24,068 nt of DNA. Source: a virus. Its lineage: Duplodnaviria; Caudoviricetes. A program made the translations under genes and the position numbers. The DNA is taken from positions 1-24,068 of IMG/VR virus record IMGVR_UViG_3300007778_000034, one strand, 5' to 3'. Of the stretch, positions 1 to 8,856 are shown in pieces; position 1 is the first letter of the stretch, and the number at the start of each line of letters is the position of its first letter. The notes beneath the pieces were generated by a model that was not told the DNA's origin, did no database searches, and was given only the letters and a program-made list of their open reading frames with translations.

Positions 1-1
1 C

Positions 2-373
2 ACTTACATCAGTGAATCTACTCAGATCGGCTTCTCAGAAGCATGGGCACGAACAGACGGCGGTCAAATAACAACAAGTAATGATATCTATTTGCAATCG
101 CAAGTTAGAGCAAGAAAAGGACCTTGGTCTGGTAACAGTTGCAACTGTTGTTATATACATGCTGTTTCTACTGCACACATTGATTGCAATCATATTGTAT
201 CTAGATGCTACGGCGGAATGGTATGTGATCTTAGCGGTGTGAATGGTTGTTGCGCTTATACGTCAGACAGAGGACCTGGCCGAGGTGGCTGGGGTGCTTG
301 GCATAATGCCAACTGTTATCCTTGTCACGGCGCATTTGGTAATTCTGGCGAAGTATTGCTAACTTTTAAATAA
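2..373 (+). CDS. 3' end of a Cys/Gly-rich tail-fibre-like protein (5' truncated by window)
   Basis: Frame is open from base 2 (TYISESTQIGF...). It contains CC/CxCC clusters and ends GRGGWG...GNSGEVLLTFK, like the Gly-rich C-terminal domains of aquatic T4-like fibre proteins. Confidence 0.55.
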   Translation, partial: TYISESTQIGFSEAWARTDGGQITTSNDIYLQSQVRARKGPWSGNSCNCCYIHAVSTAHIDCNHIVSRCYGGMVCDLSGVNGCCAYTSDRGPGRGGWGAWHNANCYPCHGAFGNSGEVLLTFK

Positions 374-382
374 GGATTGATT

Positions 383-823
383 ATGCACGCACAAATAACA
401 TTTAACACAATATTAGGAGAGACTAGCAAAACTGTTAGTCTTCCTAGCTATCTTTTTGTTAAAATCGAAAAGCGCACTGGTGAGTGGATCAAGATTTCTG
501 ATGATGACTCTGAATTTCAGAATGACGACAGAAACGTTTATACGTTTAAAACTATCCACGTTAATGATACTAACAAGGAAGTTATGGCATGGTTCTGGGA
601 TAGAGATACTAATGTAATGCCAGATGGCGAAGATGATAATGTATATTTAGCAGAAGGTCTAAGTGCTGAATACGATCCTTCTCTTGGCAATGTACCATAT
701 AAATTGGTTCAAAGAGTATTCCCTTCAACTGACCCTAAACAAGACGCACTCGATGCTATCAATGCATTAAATATTAGTGAAGATGCTAAAGCTGCTATGA
801 TTGCAGTGGTTGAAAATTCATAA
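383..823 (+). CDS. Hypothetical acidic protein, probable fibre companion or chaperone
   Basis: ORF immediately follows the fibre-like gene. SD AAGGA precedes ATG 383 (the ORF track starts at TTG 377). Function inferred from position only. Confidence 0.55.
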   Translation: MHAQITFNTILGETSKTVSLPSYLFVKIEKRTGEWIKISDDDSEFQNDDRNVYTFKTIHVNDTNKEVMAWFWDRDTNVMPDGEDDNVYLAEGLSAEYDPSLGNVPYKLVQRVFPSTDPKQDALDAINALNISEDAKAAMIAVVENS

Positions 824-834
824 TAACAAAAAAC

Positions 835-854
835 ATATATATATATATATATAT
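835..854. repeat. (AT)10 dinucleotide tract
   Basis: atatatatatatatatatat in the intergenic region, just upstream of a terminator. Confidence 0.9.
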
Positions 855-863
855 TATACGTTT

Positions 864-888
864 GGGGCACGTAAGTGCTCCTTTTTTT
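864..888 (+). terminator. Intrinsic terminator
   Basis: GGGGCAC-gtaa-GTGCTCC stem (one G-U pair) with a GNRA loop, followed by T7. Confidence 0.85.
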
Positions 889-897
889 GCGCAAAAA

Positions 898-927
898 TTA
901 AATAACACTATTTTATAATTATAAATA
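898..927 (+). promoter_or_regulatory. Tandem promoters: TTAAATAA-N8-TATAAT followed directly by T4 late TATAAATA
   Basis: TTAAAT at 898-903, TATAAT at 914-919, TATAAATA at 920-927, all upstream of the GT9 gene. Confidence 0.65.
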
Positions 928-951
928 ATTTCATATAAACAAACCTGAAGG

Positions 952-2118
952 ATGAACATGAAAAAAGCTTTTGTACTCAATGGCGGCGCCGGCCGCATTC
1001 TTTGTGCTCTACCAGCATTAGAGCATCATATCAAAAATATAGACCCAACAGCACCAATCATTGCAGAAGGTTGGCAAGAATTGTATCTTGCAAGTCCTGA
1101 AATTGCATCAAACGTGTATTCGCCAGAACACAAAAATATTTTTGAAATCATTAAAGATCGCGAGATTATTTCTCCAGAACCTTATCGTTTAAATGCGTAT
1201 TTTAATCAGAAATGTAATCTAATTCAGGCATTTGATATGCTTATCAATTATGATACACCACCAGAAGAAATTCCGGAATCTAAAGAATATGCATTTACAG
1301 TTGGAAAAGCAGATCAAATTAAAGGTTTTAATTTAATCAACGACATTCGCAAACAAACTGGTCGTGATAGAGTGATAGTATTCCAACCGTTTGGGCGCGG
1401 TACTAGAATGGAAGGTGAATTAGTTCTAGACGAATCTGGAAGATCTTTTGAACTAGCAGATATTATCACAATCGTTAAAGCTCTATCTAGAGAATACGCA
1501 GTTATTTTAATGTCTGAATTTATGCCACCCGTAAAGGAACCAATTCCAGCTATCGTTCCCCAGAATCTTTCGTTGCTGCAATGGATGGGTGTTATTCAAA
1601 ACGCTGATTACTTCTTAGGTTGTGACTCAGTTGGTCAACACATGGCGAATGCACTTGGTAAACCAGCTACAGTTGTTATAGGTAGTACATTCCCTGAGAA
1701 TATTTCATACCCAAGCAATAAAGATTTTATTATTATTGACAACGGCAAAGGTAAACGAAAATATTCGCCAATTCGTGTAGGTTGGGATATGGCAATTGAA
1801 AGAAATAACGAAACACTTATGTATCTTGAACAACAAACAATCGCGGATATCGTGAATGGTATATATAAGAAACTAGGTAAAAATACAGGTTATTTTGCTA
1901 AAAGGGCTAAAGAAGAGCAAGAAAAAGCTGCACAAGCTGGTACATGTAGTTTAGATGGTTGCGGATGCGGTCCAGAACCAACGCAGACAACCACAGTATC
2001 TGCACCACCAGTGAGCGAAAGTAAATTGACAAACGCAATTAAAGCAACTGTTGCGAAAAAAGATAAAAAGGCACAACAAACGGTAGGTGCTAAAGTTCCG
2101 GATAAAAAAGTTAAATAA
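952..2118 (+). CDS. Glycosyltransferase family 9 (ADP-heptose:LPS heptosyltransferase-like)
   Basis: N-terminal GGAGRILCALPAL, central VFQPFG, and C-terminal ADYFLGCDSVGQHMANALGKPATVVIGST match the GT9 DSGxxHxAxAxGxP motif. Low-complexity C-terminal tail. Start may be ATG 958. Confidence 0.8.
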   Translation: MNMKKAFVLNGGAGRILCALPALEHHIKNIDPTAPIIAEGWQELYLASPEIASNVYSPEHKNIFEIIKDREIISPEPYRLNAYFNQKCNLIQAFDMLINYDTPPEEIPESKEYAFTVGKADQIKGFNLINDIRKQTGRDRVIVFQPFGRGTRMEGELVLDESGRSFELADIITIVKALSREYAVILMSEFMPPVKEPIPAIVPQNLSLLQWMGVIQNADYFLGCDSVGQHMANALGKPATVVIGSTFPENISYPSNKDFIIIDNGKGKRKYSPIRVGWDMAIERNNETLMYLEQQTIADIVNGIYKKLGKNTGYFAKRAKEEQEKAAQAGTCSLDGCGCGPEPTQTTTVSAPPVSESKLTNAIKATVAKKDKKAQQTVGAKVPDKKVK

Positions 2119-2132
2119 GACTTTGTTATAAT
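2111..2132 (+). promoter_or_regulatory. Extended -10 promoter with TTAAATAA box
   Basis: TTAAATAAGACTTTGTTATAAT (TGnTATAAT) upstream of the carbamoyltransferase. Confidence 0.6.
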
Positions 2133-2158
2133 ATTCTTTTAGAGGTGAAGGAAAAAAC

Positions 2159-3961
2159 ATGCAAAATAAAACAGGATATATATTAGGTATCTCTAGAGGA
2201 CATAACTCAGGTGTATGTCTTCTAAAGGATGGCGAAATTGTTTTCGCTATCGAAGAAGAACGTCTAAGTCGTCAAAAATATGATGGTTCGCCATTAGCTG
2301 CAATGAAAAAGGTATTAGATTATACTAATAAAGTTGATGCTATGGTCGTTGTTCATACACAATCTATTGATGGTATGGCTGCTAAAATAGAATACACTGG
2401 CGACGACATGTACACGGGTTACGCTCGTAAACTCGGTCTTATTGATAGAAAGACAGATCTGAGAAATCACTATCAAGTACACGATTTTAGCAAACGCCAT
2501 CATACTGCGCATGCTGCACTAGCATTTTATCATTCAGGTTTTGAAGATGCAGTAGCTGTCGTGGCAGATGGTGCTGGCTCTTGCTTCTTTTTAAATAGTG
2601 GCGAAGATGTTTGGGAAGTTGAATCGATCTATGATTGTTCATACAAGGACGGTATTACTGCCGTGTTTAAGCATATGGGTTCAAGGCATCCAATTCCAAC
2701 TGGTCTTCAACCAGATGCACCCGGTGGTTTGATTGATCAAGAAAAACCTTTTATGAACCTAGTTTCAGATCATGCAGGTATTACTAAATCATACGAAGCG
2801 GTTACTGAATATTGCGGATTTAGTGCCATTGAAGCTGGTAAAACAATGGGTCTATTTCCATACGGAAAGCCAAGTAATAAGCTTCCATCACTTATGGATA
2901 CTGATTCGAAGTTTATGTTGACTAATCGTAATACTATCGTTCCCACTTATCCAAATAGTGCAATCTTTAACGCCGGAATTTATGATTATTTCGATACTCT
3001 TCCACAACCGGGTCAAGACTTGACATTAATGGAAAATCGTCGTGATGCCGCTTATTGGATTCAACAAGAAACTCAACAAGCAATGCTAAACTACATTTTA
3101 ACTGCATGTGAAATGACCGGTAAAAAGAAAGTTGTTCTTTCTGGCGGATATGGTCTAAACTGTGTAGCTAACTACTGGTATTTGACTGAATTGAATAAAC
3201 GTGGTATTGAATTGTATGTTGAACCTATTTCTAATGATGGTGGTACTGCTATAGGTGCGGCACTTCTTTATTACTACGAAACAAGTAAAGACACAACTCC
3301 TCGCCAGCGTCAAGGTTCATTGTACCTAGGACCAAAATATGATTACACAAACGACGATTTCGTTAAAGCAAACGAAAAATATAAAAATGCTGAAATCACT
3401 GATAACGTAGAATATGCCGATATTATTAAACTTCTAAGATCTAAAAATATCGTTACAATGTATCAAGGTCGTTGTGAAAATGGTCCGCGCGCATTAGGCA
3501 ACCGTTCAATTCTATTTGATCCAACGTTCAAAGATGGTAAAGATTATGTCAATATGGTTAAACGCCGTGAGTATTTCCGTCCATTTGCAGCTTCAGTTCT
3601 TGAAGAAGATGCTAAAGAATGGTTTGATTTGCGAGGAATGGACAAAACACCGCATATGATGTACGCAGTAAATTGCCAAGAAGGTGTTGCTGAAAAGGTT
3701 CCTTCAGTAATCCATGAAGATGGAACTTGTCGTATTCAAACAGTTTCTAAAGAAGAAAATAAAGTTTATTATGAACTTATTTCAGAATTTAAGAAAGAAA
3801 CTGGTGTTCCACTTCTTTTCAATACGTCATTCAACCTTGGTGGTGAACCCCTAGTTGAAACATTGGAAGATGCGTTCTGGACTCTTGACCAATCAGACCT
3901 TGAATATTGCTACTTCCCAGAATATAAGAAATTGGTAAAAATACCTAACACACAAAAATAA
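2159..3961 (+). CDS. Carbamoyltransferase, NodU/CmcH/TobZ family
   Basis: Motifs ILGISRGHNS, EEERLSRQK, HHTAHA, DGAG, GKTMGL, SGGYGLNCVAN, NDGGTAIGA, ENGPRALGNRSI, KRREYFRPFA, HEDGTCRIQTV and NTSFNLGGEPLV. Confidence 0.93.
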   Translation: MQNKTGYILGISRGHNSGVCLLKDGEIVFAIEEERLSRQKYDGSPLAAMKKVLDYTNKVDAMVVVHTQSIDGMAAKIEYTGDDMYTGYARKLGLIDRKTDLRNHYQVHDFSKRHHTAHAALAFYHSGFEDAVAVVADGAGSCFFLNSGEDVWEVESIYDCSYKDGITAVFKHMGSRHPIPTGLQPDAPGGLIDQEKPFMNLVSDHAGITKSYEAVTEYCGFSAIEAGKTMGLFPYGKPSNKLPSLMDTDSKFMLTNRNTIVPTYPNSAIFNAGIYDYFDTLPQPGQDLTLMENRRDAAYWIQQETQQAMLNYILTACEMTGKKKVVLSGGYGLNCVANYWYLTELNKRGIELYVEPISNDGGTAIGAALLYYYETSKDTTPRQRQGSLYLGPKYDYTNDDFVKANEKYKNAEITDNVEYADIIKLLRSKNIVTMYQGRCENGPRALGNRSILFDPTFKDGKDYVNMVKRREYFRPFAASVLEEDAKEWFDLRGMDKTPHMMYAVNCQEGVAEKVPSVIHEDGTCRIQTVSKEENKVYYELISEFKKETGVPLLFNTSFNLGGEPLVETLEDAFWTLDQSDLEYCYFPEYKKLVKIPNTQK

Positions 3962-3981
3962 TAAAATCACCTCCCCTACTT

Positions 3982-4008
3982 AACCCCGGTTTTTACCGGG
4001 GTTTTTTT
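3982..4008 (+). terminator. Intrinsic terminator
   Basis: AACCCCGGT-tttt-ACCGGGGTT stem running into a T7 tract. Confidence 0.9.
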
Positions 4009-4036
4009 GTTACAAATATGATAATTGTGACAAAAA
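4004..4036. promoter_or_regulatory. Operator-like inverted repeat
   Basis: TTTTTGTTACAA-N9-TTGTGACAAAAA: 12-bp arms with one mismatch. Confidence 0.4.
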
Positions 4037-4067
4037 TGTCAAATAATACTTAATTTTTGCACACTTT

Positions 4068-4075
4068 TATAAATA
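4068..4075 (+). promoter_or_regulatory. T4-type late promoter
   Basis: Exact TATAAATA about 65 nt upstream of ATG 4139. Confidence 0.75.
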
Positions 4076-4138
4076 CATTTGGATATTGAGTAATAATTCA
4101 AGTGGGATGAACTTGGCCATTTGGTTAGGAGGGCAAAA

Positions 4139-5203
4139 ATGAAGTTTAGAACTATACCAATAGTGATGTTATTGGGGTTTTCTATACAAGGCAATGCCGA
4201 AGTAATAGAAACTAATAATACTAACACTAATACGACAACAGTGAATAGTACTACGAATAACACGAACACATCTACTAATACTAATATGAGTACTAGTACA
4301 AGCACGGCAACAAACACTAATACGAACGTTAATACGACGACATTAGACAGTACGACGAATAATACAAATATTAATACTAACACAAATACATCAACAAGTA
4401 CAAATGTTAATACTAATAATAACATATTAAGCGGCGGCACAAATAACACTAATGTGAATACAAGTACTATTACAAGCGATAATACGAACGTAAACACTAA
4501 CACGAATGTTAATACTTCGACTAGTAATAATACGAATGTAAACACTAATAATAACACGAGTACTATCACAAGTGATAATACAAACAATAACGTTAATACT
4601 AATAATACTACCGTTAACGAAAACAGTGTTATAAATCAGACAGTTAACAGTTCGAATACAAATAATTCTAACATTAACAGCAATAACAATAATGTTAACA
4701 CGAATACTAACACTAATGTTAATAATTCTACATCAGATAATACTAACACCAACATCAACAGAAACGAAAGTACGGTAACACAAAGAATTGAGTCGCCTCC
4801 ACCGTCAGCGATTGCTCCTAGCATCAACACTAGCAATAGTGACATTTGTGCAGTTGGTGTAAGTGGCGCAGTACAGAGCCAAATCTTAGGTATTGCAGGT
4901 GGTGCTACTTATAGAGATATGAATTGTGAAAGACTTAAACTGTCTAAAACATTATATGATATGGGTATGAAAGTTGCTGCCGTATCAACGTTATGTCAAG
5001 ACGAAAGAGTTTTTAATGCTATGAAAATGGCTGGCACACCTTGCCCTTATGAGGGCGCTATTGGTGCAGAAGCATCTAAATTATGGGAAGAAAATCCTGA
5101 AGAATCACCTATAGCCAAAGCAGAAGAGGAAAAACGTAATGACACACTTAGTGGTTGGTTCATGGGTATGGGCAGCGCTGCTTTATTATTGCTTCTTCTT
5201 TAA
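4139..5203 (+). CDS. Secreted, probably C-terminally anchored protein with an Asn/Thr repeat stalk and a Cys-containing domain
   Basis: SD AGGAGG then ATG 4139. Signal peptide MKFRTIPIVMLLGFSIQGNA, about 180 aa of N/T/S/V repeats, a PPPSAIAPS..C..CERLKLSKTLYDMGMKVAAVSTLC..TPCP domain, and a hydrophobic C-terminus. Confidence 0.8.
   Translation: MKFRTIPIVMLLGFSIQGNAEVIETNNTNTNTTTVNSTTNNTNTSTNTNMSTSTSTATNTNTNVNTTTLDSTTNNTNINTNTNTSTSTNVNTNNNILSGGTNNTNVNTSTITSDNTNVNTNTNVNTSTSNNTNVNTNNNTSTITSDNTNNNVNTNNTTVNENSVINQTVNSSNTNNSNINSNNNNVNTNTNTNVNNSTSDNTNTNINRNESTVTQRIESPPPSAIAPSINTSNSDICAVGVSGAVQSQILGIAGGATYRDMNCERLKLSKTLYDMGMKVAAVSTLCQDERVFNAMKMAGTPCPYEGAIGAEASKLWEENPEESPIAKAEEEKRNDTLSGWFMGMGSAALLLLLL
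4211..4760 (+). repeat. Low-complexity NTNVNT/NTNTN coding repeat
   Basis: Degenerate repeats such as STITSDNTN (x2) and NTNVNT (many copies), with diverged codons. Confidence 0.85.
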
Positions 5204-7154
5204 TCAAGCGCAGGCGATAGCACTAACGCAAGATACTGTTGCCGCGCCAGTCGTAGAAGAGACGGGTGACATTCTCGGTAACTCCTCAAGCGATTGGTCA
5301 GGCACTAAGACGCAATGTGTTTCTTCAGATTGTTGGGCTGGCACAACGGGCGGTGAGTCTCCATCCTTTAACGCGTCTGGTGTTATTCGTTGGGGTTATG
5401 GTGGTGGAACATTAGAACAGAACATTGCTATTGCGTCAATTCTTGCTTCTAACACCGGTATATCTGTTGAAGGATATCGGTACTCTTGGCGACTCAAAAA
5501 CGCAGATGCGAACAGAGAATCCACAAATGGTGCGGGTGGGCAAGACCCACTTATTATTACTGTAGAGTTTTACGATAATAATAACCGAGTAGTAGAAACC
5601 AATACATATGATTACAGTTATCATATCGACGCATGGACTTGGTTTAGTGGAACTGAATGGTTTAAATCATCATATCTCGCAGATGAACTAAGTTCTGTTA
5701 GTGTATTCGCAGAAGGCGATGACGCCGGATTCTGGAAGGGTTGGTACGGTCCTGAGCTTTCTGAATATTCACTAAGTCTTTTGTATTCTGTTGATGCTTG
5801 TATTTCAGATCCTCTGTCAGATACGAACTGTCCGGGTTACGCGGATGCATATCTGAATATGATGTGTACGGCTGACGCTTTGTATGACAGGACATGCCCA
5901 GGTTACACTGAAGCGTATGCTCTTGCTAATATAACAGAAGAAGCAAGTAGCACTGACAATAATAGCGGTGTAGATACTACTGGCGGCACTGGAATTTCTA
6001 ATACTGGTGTAATTGACGAAACAGCCATTGTTAATGACGCTATAAACGATGGAACACCTAATGAAACGTTTAGCGAAAATACTTTCGTTGAAAATGTAGA
6101 GGTCACAACTAGCGAAAATACTTTCGTTGACCCAACCGGTGTGCAAAATGTTGCTGAACTAACAAGTGAACCAGTGACTATCGAAGAAGTAGTTACATTT
6201 GAAGAAGTAGCTATAATTGATGAAATAGTAGCGGAAGATCCTCAACAAGACGCTTTAGAGGAGGCAAATTCATTAGAATTAGACAAAATGTCGCCTAGAG
6301 AAGTTATTGGGGCGCTGAGTAAACTGGGTATTTTAGGAAATTCTACTACAAACGGTACGGGTGATCCAACAGGTCTTGGAAGAGATACTGTAGATGGTGT
6401 TTCAAGCATTTCAGGCGAACAATTGTCATTAGACGGCACTTCTGATAATAGCACAGGTGCAATCGAAGAGTCAACTTCTATTTCATCAACTTCTAGTTCG
6501 CTGAGTTCTTTTAATTCATCTGAAATGACTACTTCCTTTACATCAGCATCCGATTTGCCAAATAACGGTATTCCCGATAATATATCTACTAATGATTTAG
6601 GCCAGCAAGCGGACGGTTCATATAATATGCTTGCTGAAATTGATGGATCAGTATTCATGGTAACAATTGAAGAATCTTCGCAAAATCCAAGTGAAACTGG
6701 TGGCGATCCTCAAAAGGATTTACATTCAGTTTTTGGAGGTGTTGAATCTATAGAAGATAATCTTAACGGGCTATATATAGACAGTGAAGAAAGTGTCCGA
6801 CACGAAACATTCGCCAAGAGAATGCTTAAAAAACGCATAACTGAGATAAATAATAAGAATAATAGTGCTGAAGAAGACGAAAAAATCGTTCAAGCAATAA
6901 CTGAAGAAAGTTATTCTGAAGCTGACGCATTATCAGTTAATGATGTAAGTCAAACTGAAGTCGTACAAGAAATGAATTCTAATGGCGAGTTTGAAACTTA
7001 CACCAATAATAGCATTCCAGAAATAGATTTTTATGATTCAAAAGACATATATGTCGTAAATTTACCTGAGAATAAAAATGGTTTAAGGAATGGTTTAGCA
7101 CAACAGTTATTGCATAAACAAATGATTGAAATGCAATATGATGTTGAAAATTAA
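5139..7154 (+). CDS. Large secreted acidic protein: globular Trp/Tyr-rich N domain, paired-Cys CPGY repeats, acidic Ser/Thr stalk
   Basis: SD GAGGA. Signal peptide ending AQA, DAGFWKGWYGP, CISDPLSDTNCPGY and CTADALYDRTCPGY repeats, and a C-terminal RNGLAQQLLHKQMIEMQY segment. Confidence 0.75.
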   Translation: MTHLVVGSWVWAALLYYCFFFNQAQAIALTQDTVAAPVVEETGDILGNSSSDWSGTKTQCVSSDCWAGTTGGESPSFNASGVIRWGYGGGTLEQNIAIASILASNTGISVEGYRYSWRLKNADANRESTNGAGGQDPLIITVEFYDNNNRVVETNTYDYSYHIDAWTWFSGTEWFKSSYLADELSSVSVFAEGDDAGFWKGWYGPELSEYSLSLLYSVDACISDPLSDTNCPGYADAYLNMMCTADALYDRTCPGYTEAYALANITEEASSTDNNSGVDTTGGTGISNTGVIDETAIVNDAINDGTPNETFSENTFVENVEVTTSENTFVDPTGVQNVAELTSEPVTIEEVVTFEEVAIIDEIVAEDPQQDALEEANSLELDKMSPREVIGALSKLGILGNSTTNGTGDPTGLGRDTVDGVSSISGEQLSLDGTSDNSTGAIEESTSISSTSSSLSSFNSSEMTTSFTSASDLPNNGIPDNISTNDLGQQADGSYNMLAEIDGSVFMVTIEESSQNPSETGGDPQKDLHSVFGGVESIEDNLNGLYIDSEESVRHETFAKRMLKKRITEINNKNNSAEEDEKIVQAITEESYSEADALSVNDVSQTEVVQEMNSNGEFETYTNNSIPEIDFYDSKDIYVVNLPENKNGLRNGLAQQLLHKQMIEMQYDVEN

Positions 7155-7217
7155 GAAATTTTATTAAAAACGAAGGAAAATAAGGAGAGAAAGGATTATA
7201 TTATAAAGGAGTACTCA

Positions 7218-7772
7218 ATGAGTCGAGAAGTAAAGGTTAGACGCGAAAGAAGACCTAGAAAGCCAGAGACAACGGAATCTGTAGTTAGCCCTTCTGAGCC
7301 AGTTTTAAACCAAGAAAAAACAGTAGAAAAAAGAAAAAGACATGTTAGTTCTATGGAAAGTACTAATACTGCACCTATTGCACCTATTGCACCCACGGCA
7401 CCTACAGCCCCAGCCAGCCAACCGCAACCCTCAACAACTGTTTCTAATAGTGCCGCATTTCATCCTGCCGATACAAATGGTGATGGGATCGTAACGGCTG
7501 AAGAGGAAGCAATGTACTTAGAATTCAAACGAAAAGAACTTGAAGACGCAGATGCAATGCGAGATGCACAACGTAATATGGCATGGTTCGCATTATTCGG
7601 TATGTTGTTATATCCATTTGCTGTAGTTTTAGCAGTACTTTTGGGATTGGACAGTGCGGCAAAAATATTAGGTGACATGGCAGCAACCTATTTCGTATCA
7701 GTAGCAGCGATTGTAGCGGCATTCTTTGGTGGACAAGCATTCACCAATAAAGGCACTGCTAAGAGGAAATAA
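7218..7772 (+). CDS. Two-TM membrane protein with an EF-hand-like loop (holin-like topology)
   Basis: DTNGDGIVTAEE fits the EF-hand loop consensus. Two hydrophobic helices, a basic C-terminus and an (APx)n linker. Confidence 0.7.
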   Translation: MSREVKVRRERRPRKPETTESVVSPSEPVLNQEKTVEKRKRHVSSMESTNTAPIAPIAPTAPTAPASQPQPSTTVSNSAAFHPADTNGDGIVTAEEEAMYLEFKRKELEDADAMRDAQRNMAWFALFGMLLYPFAVVLAVLLGLDSAAKILGDMAATYFVSVAAIVAAFFGGQAFTNKGTAKRK

Positions 7773-7774
7773 CG

Positions 7775-8257
7775 ATGAGTGTAATTGAAAACAAATATAA
7801 TGTCCATCTAATTAAAGTAGTAGATGGCGATACTGTAGACGTAGACATCGATCTAGGTTTTGGCATTTGGCTAAAAGATGAGCGTGTGCGCATCATGGGT
7901 ATCGATACTCCTGAATCGCGTACATCTGACAAAGTCGAAAAACTATTCGGTATTGCTGCTAAGAATCGCCTCAAGCAATTAATCGAAAAAGATGCTCTCC
8001 TTATCACGACTGAAGATAAATCCGGTGAAGATATGAAGGGTAAGTTCGGTAGGATCCTTGGCGATTTCGAGGTTGATGGACGTCGTGTAACTGATATCAT
8101 GATTGAAGAAGGTCACTGTGTACCATACTTTGGCGGTTCAAAAGAAGATGTTAAAGCACAGCACGAAGTTAATCGTCAAAGATTACTTAATGAAGGTGTA
8201 GTTGATCGTGCTGAATATGATAAGATGGTTATTGCTGAAGCTAAGGAGAAAAAATAA
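7775..8257 (+). CDS. Thermonuclease (staphylococcal nuclease-like)
   Basis: VVDGDTV, RVRIMGIDTPE and GKFGRILG are SNase catalytic motifs. No signal peptide. Confidence 0.88.
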   Translation: MSVIENKYNVHLIKVVDGDTVDVDIDLGFGIWLKDERVRIMGIDTPESRTSDKVEKLFGIAAKNRLKQLIEKDALLITTEDKSGEDMKGKFGRILGDFEVDGRRVTDIMIEEGHCVPYFGGSKEDVKAQHEVNRQRLLNEGVVDRAEYDKMVIAEAKEKK

Positions 8258-8856
8258 TGGATAGTATAGCAGATTTTTTACTCGGATTAGTTTCTGACCC
8301 AATAACATTATCCGTCATTTCTATTATTATAATTGGCTTTATCATGAATCTTTTTGGTATTGATCAAAAAGAGGAAATCGTTGGTTTTAAATATAACGAA
8401 ATGCCAATGATGAAACCAATCGTAATTCCAACAAATGGTCGTGGTTTTTTTAAATCTGTTTGGTGCTGGTTTATTGAAGTCCGCCATTGGGAAATTGCTA
8501 AAGATTGGCATTACACTGTAAACGGTACTAATTATGTCATTCCTAAAGGATTCATATTTGATGGCGCGTCTGTTCCTAAGTTTCTTGGTTCTTGGTTATC
8601 TCCAATTGGAATTCTTTTAATTGGCGGTCTTGTACATGACTATGTATACAAATATGAAGTACTTTTGCATAAAGGCAAACGAAAAACTTCTGAAAAGTTC
8701 ACTCAAAAGGAAGCAGATCAACTATTTCGTGATATTAATATTGAGCAAAACGGAATTCACGTGTTAAATTGGGCTGCTTATTATGCTCTTCGCTTAGGCG
8801 GTTTTGTGGCTTGGAATGGTCATAGAAAAAGAAACTGCAATCACGAGGAGAGCTAA
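8257..8856 (+). CDS. DUF1353-family protein with an N-terminal TM helix
   Basis: IPKGFIFDGASVP, LVHDYVY, EADQLF and YYALRLGG motifs. Confidence 0.8.
   Translation: MDSIADFLLGLVSDPITLSVISIIIIGFIMNLFGIDQKEEIVGFKYNEMPMMKPIVIPTNGRGFFKSVWCWFIEVRHWEIAKDWHYTVNGTNYVIPKGFIFDGASVPKFLGSWLSPIGILLIGGLVHDYVYKYEVLLHKGKRKTSEKFTQKEADQLFRDINIEQNGIHVLNWAAYYALRLGGFVAWNGHRKRNCNHEES

Noticed and set aside
3966-3974. ATCACCTCC anti-Shine-Dalgarno-like sequence before the terminator
   Set aside because: Short single match with no rRNA context and no ORF start following on the minus strand.
4039-4845. Very hydrophobic minus-strand ORFs (4039-4587, 4636-4845)
   Set aside because: Antisense shadows of the Asn/Thr repeat. 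No independent expression signals were noticed.
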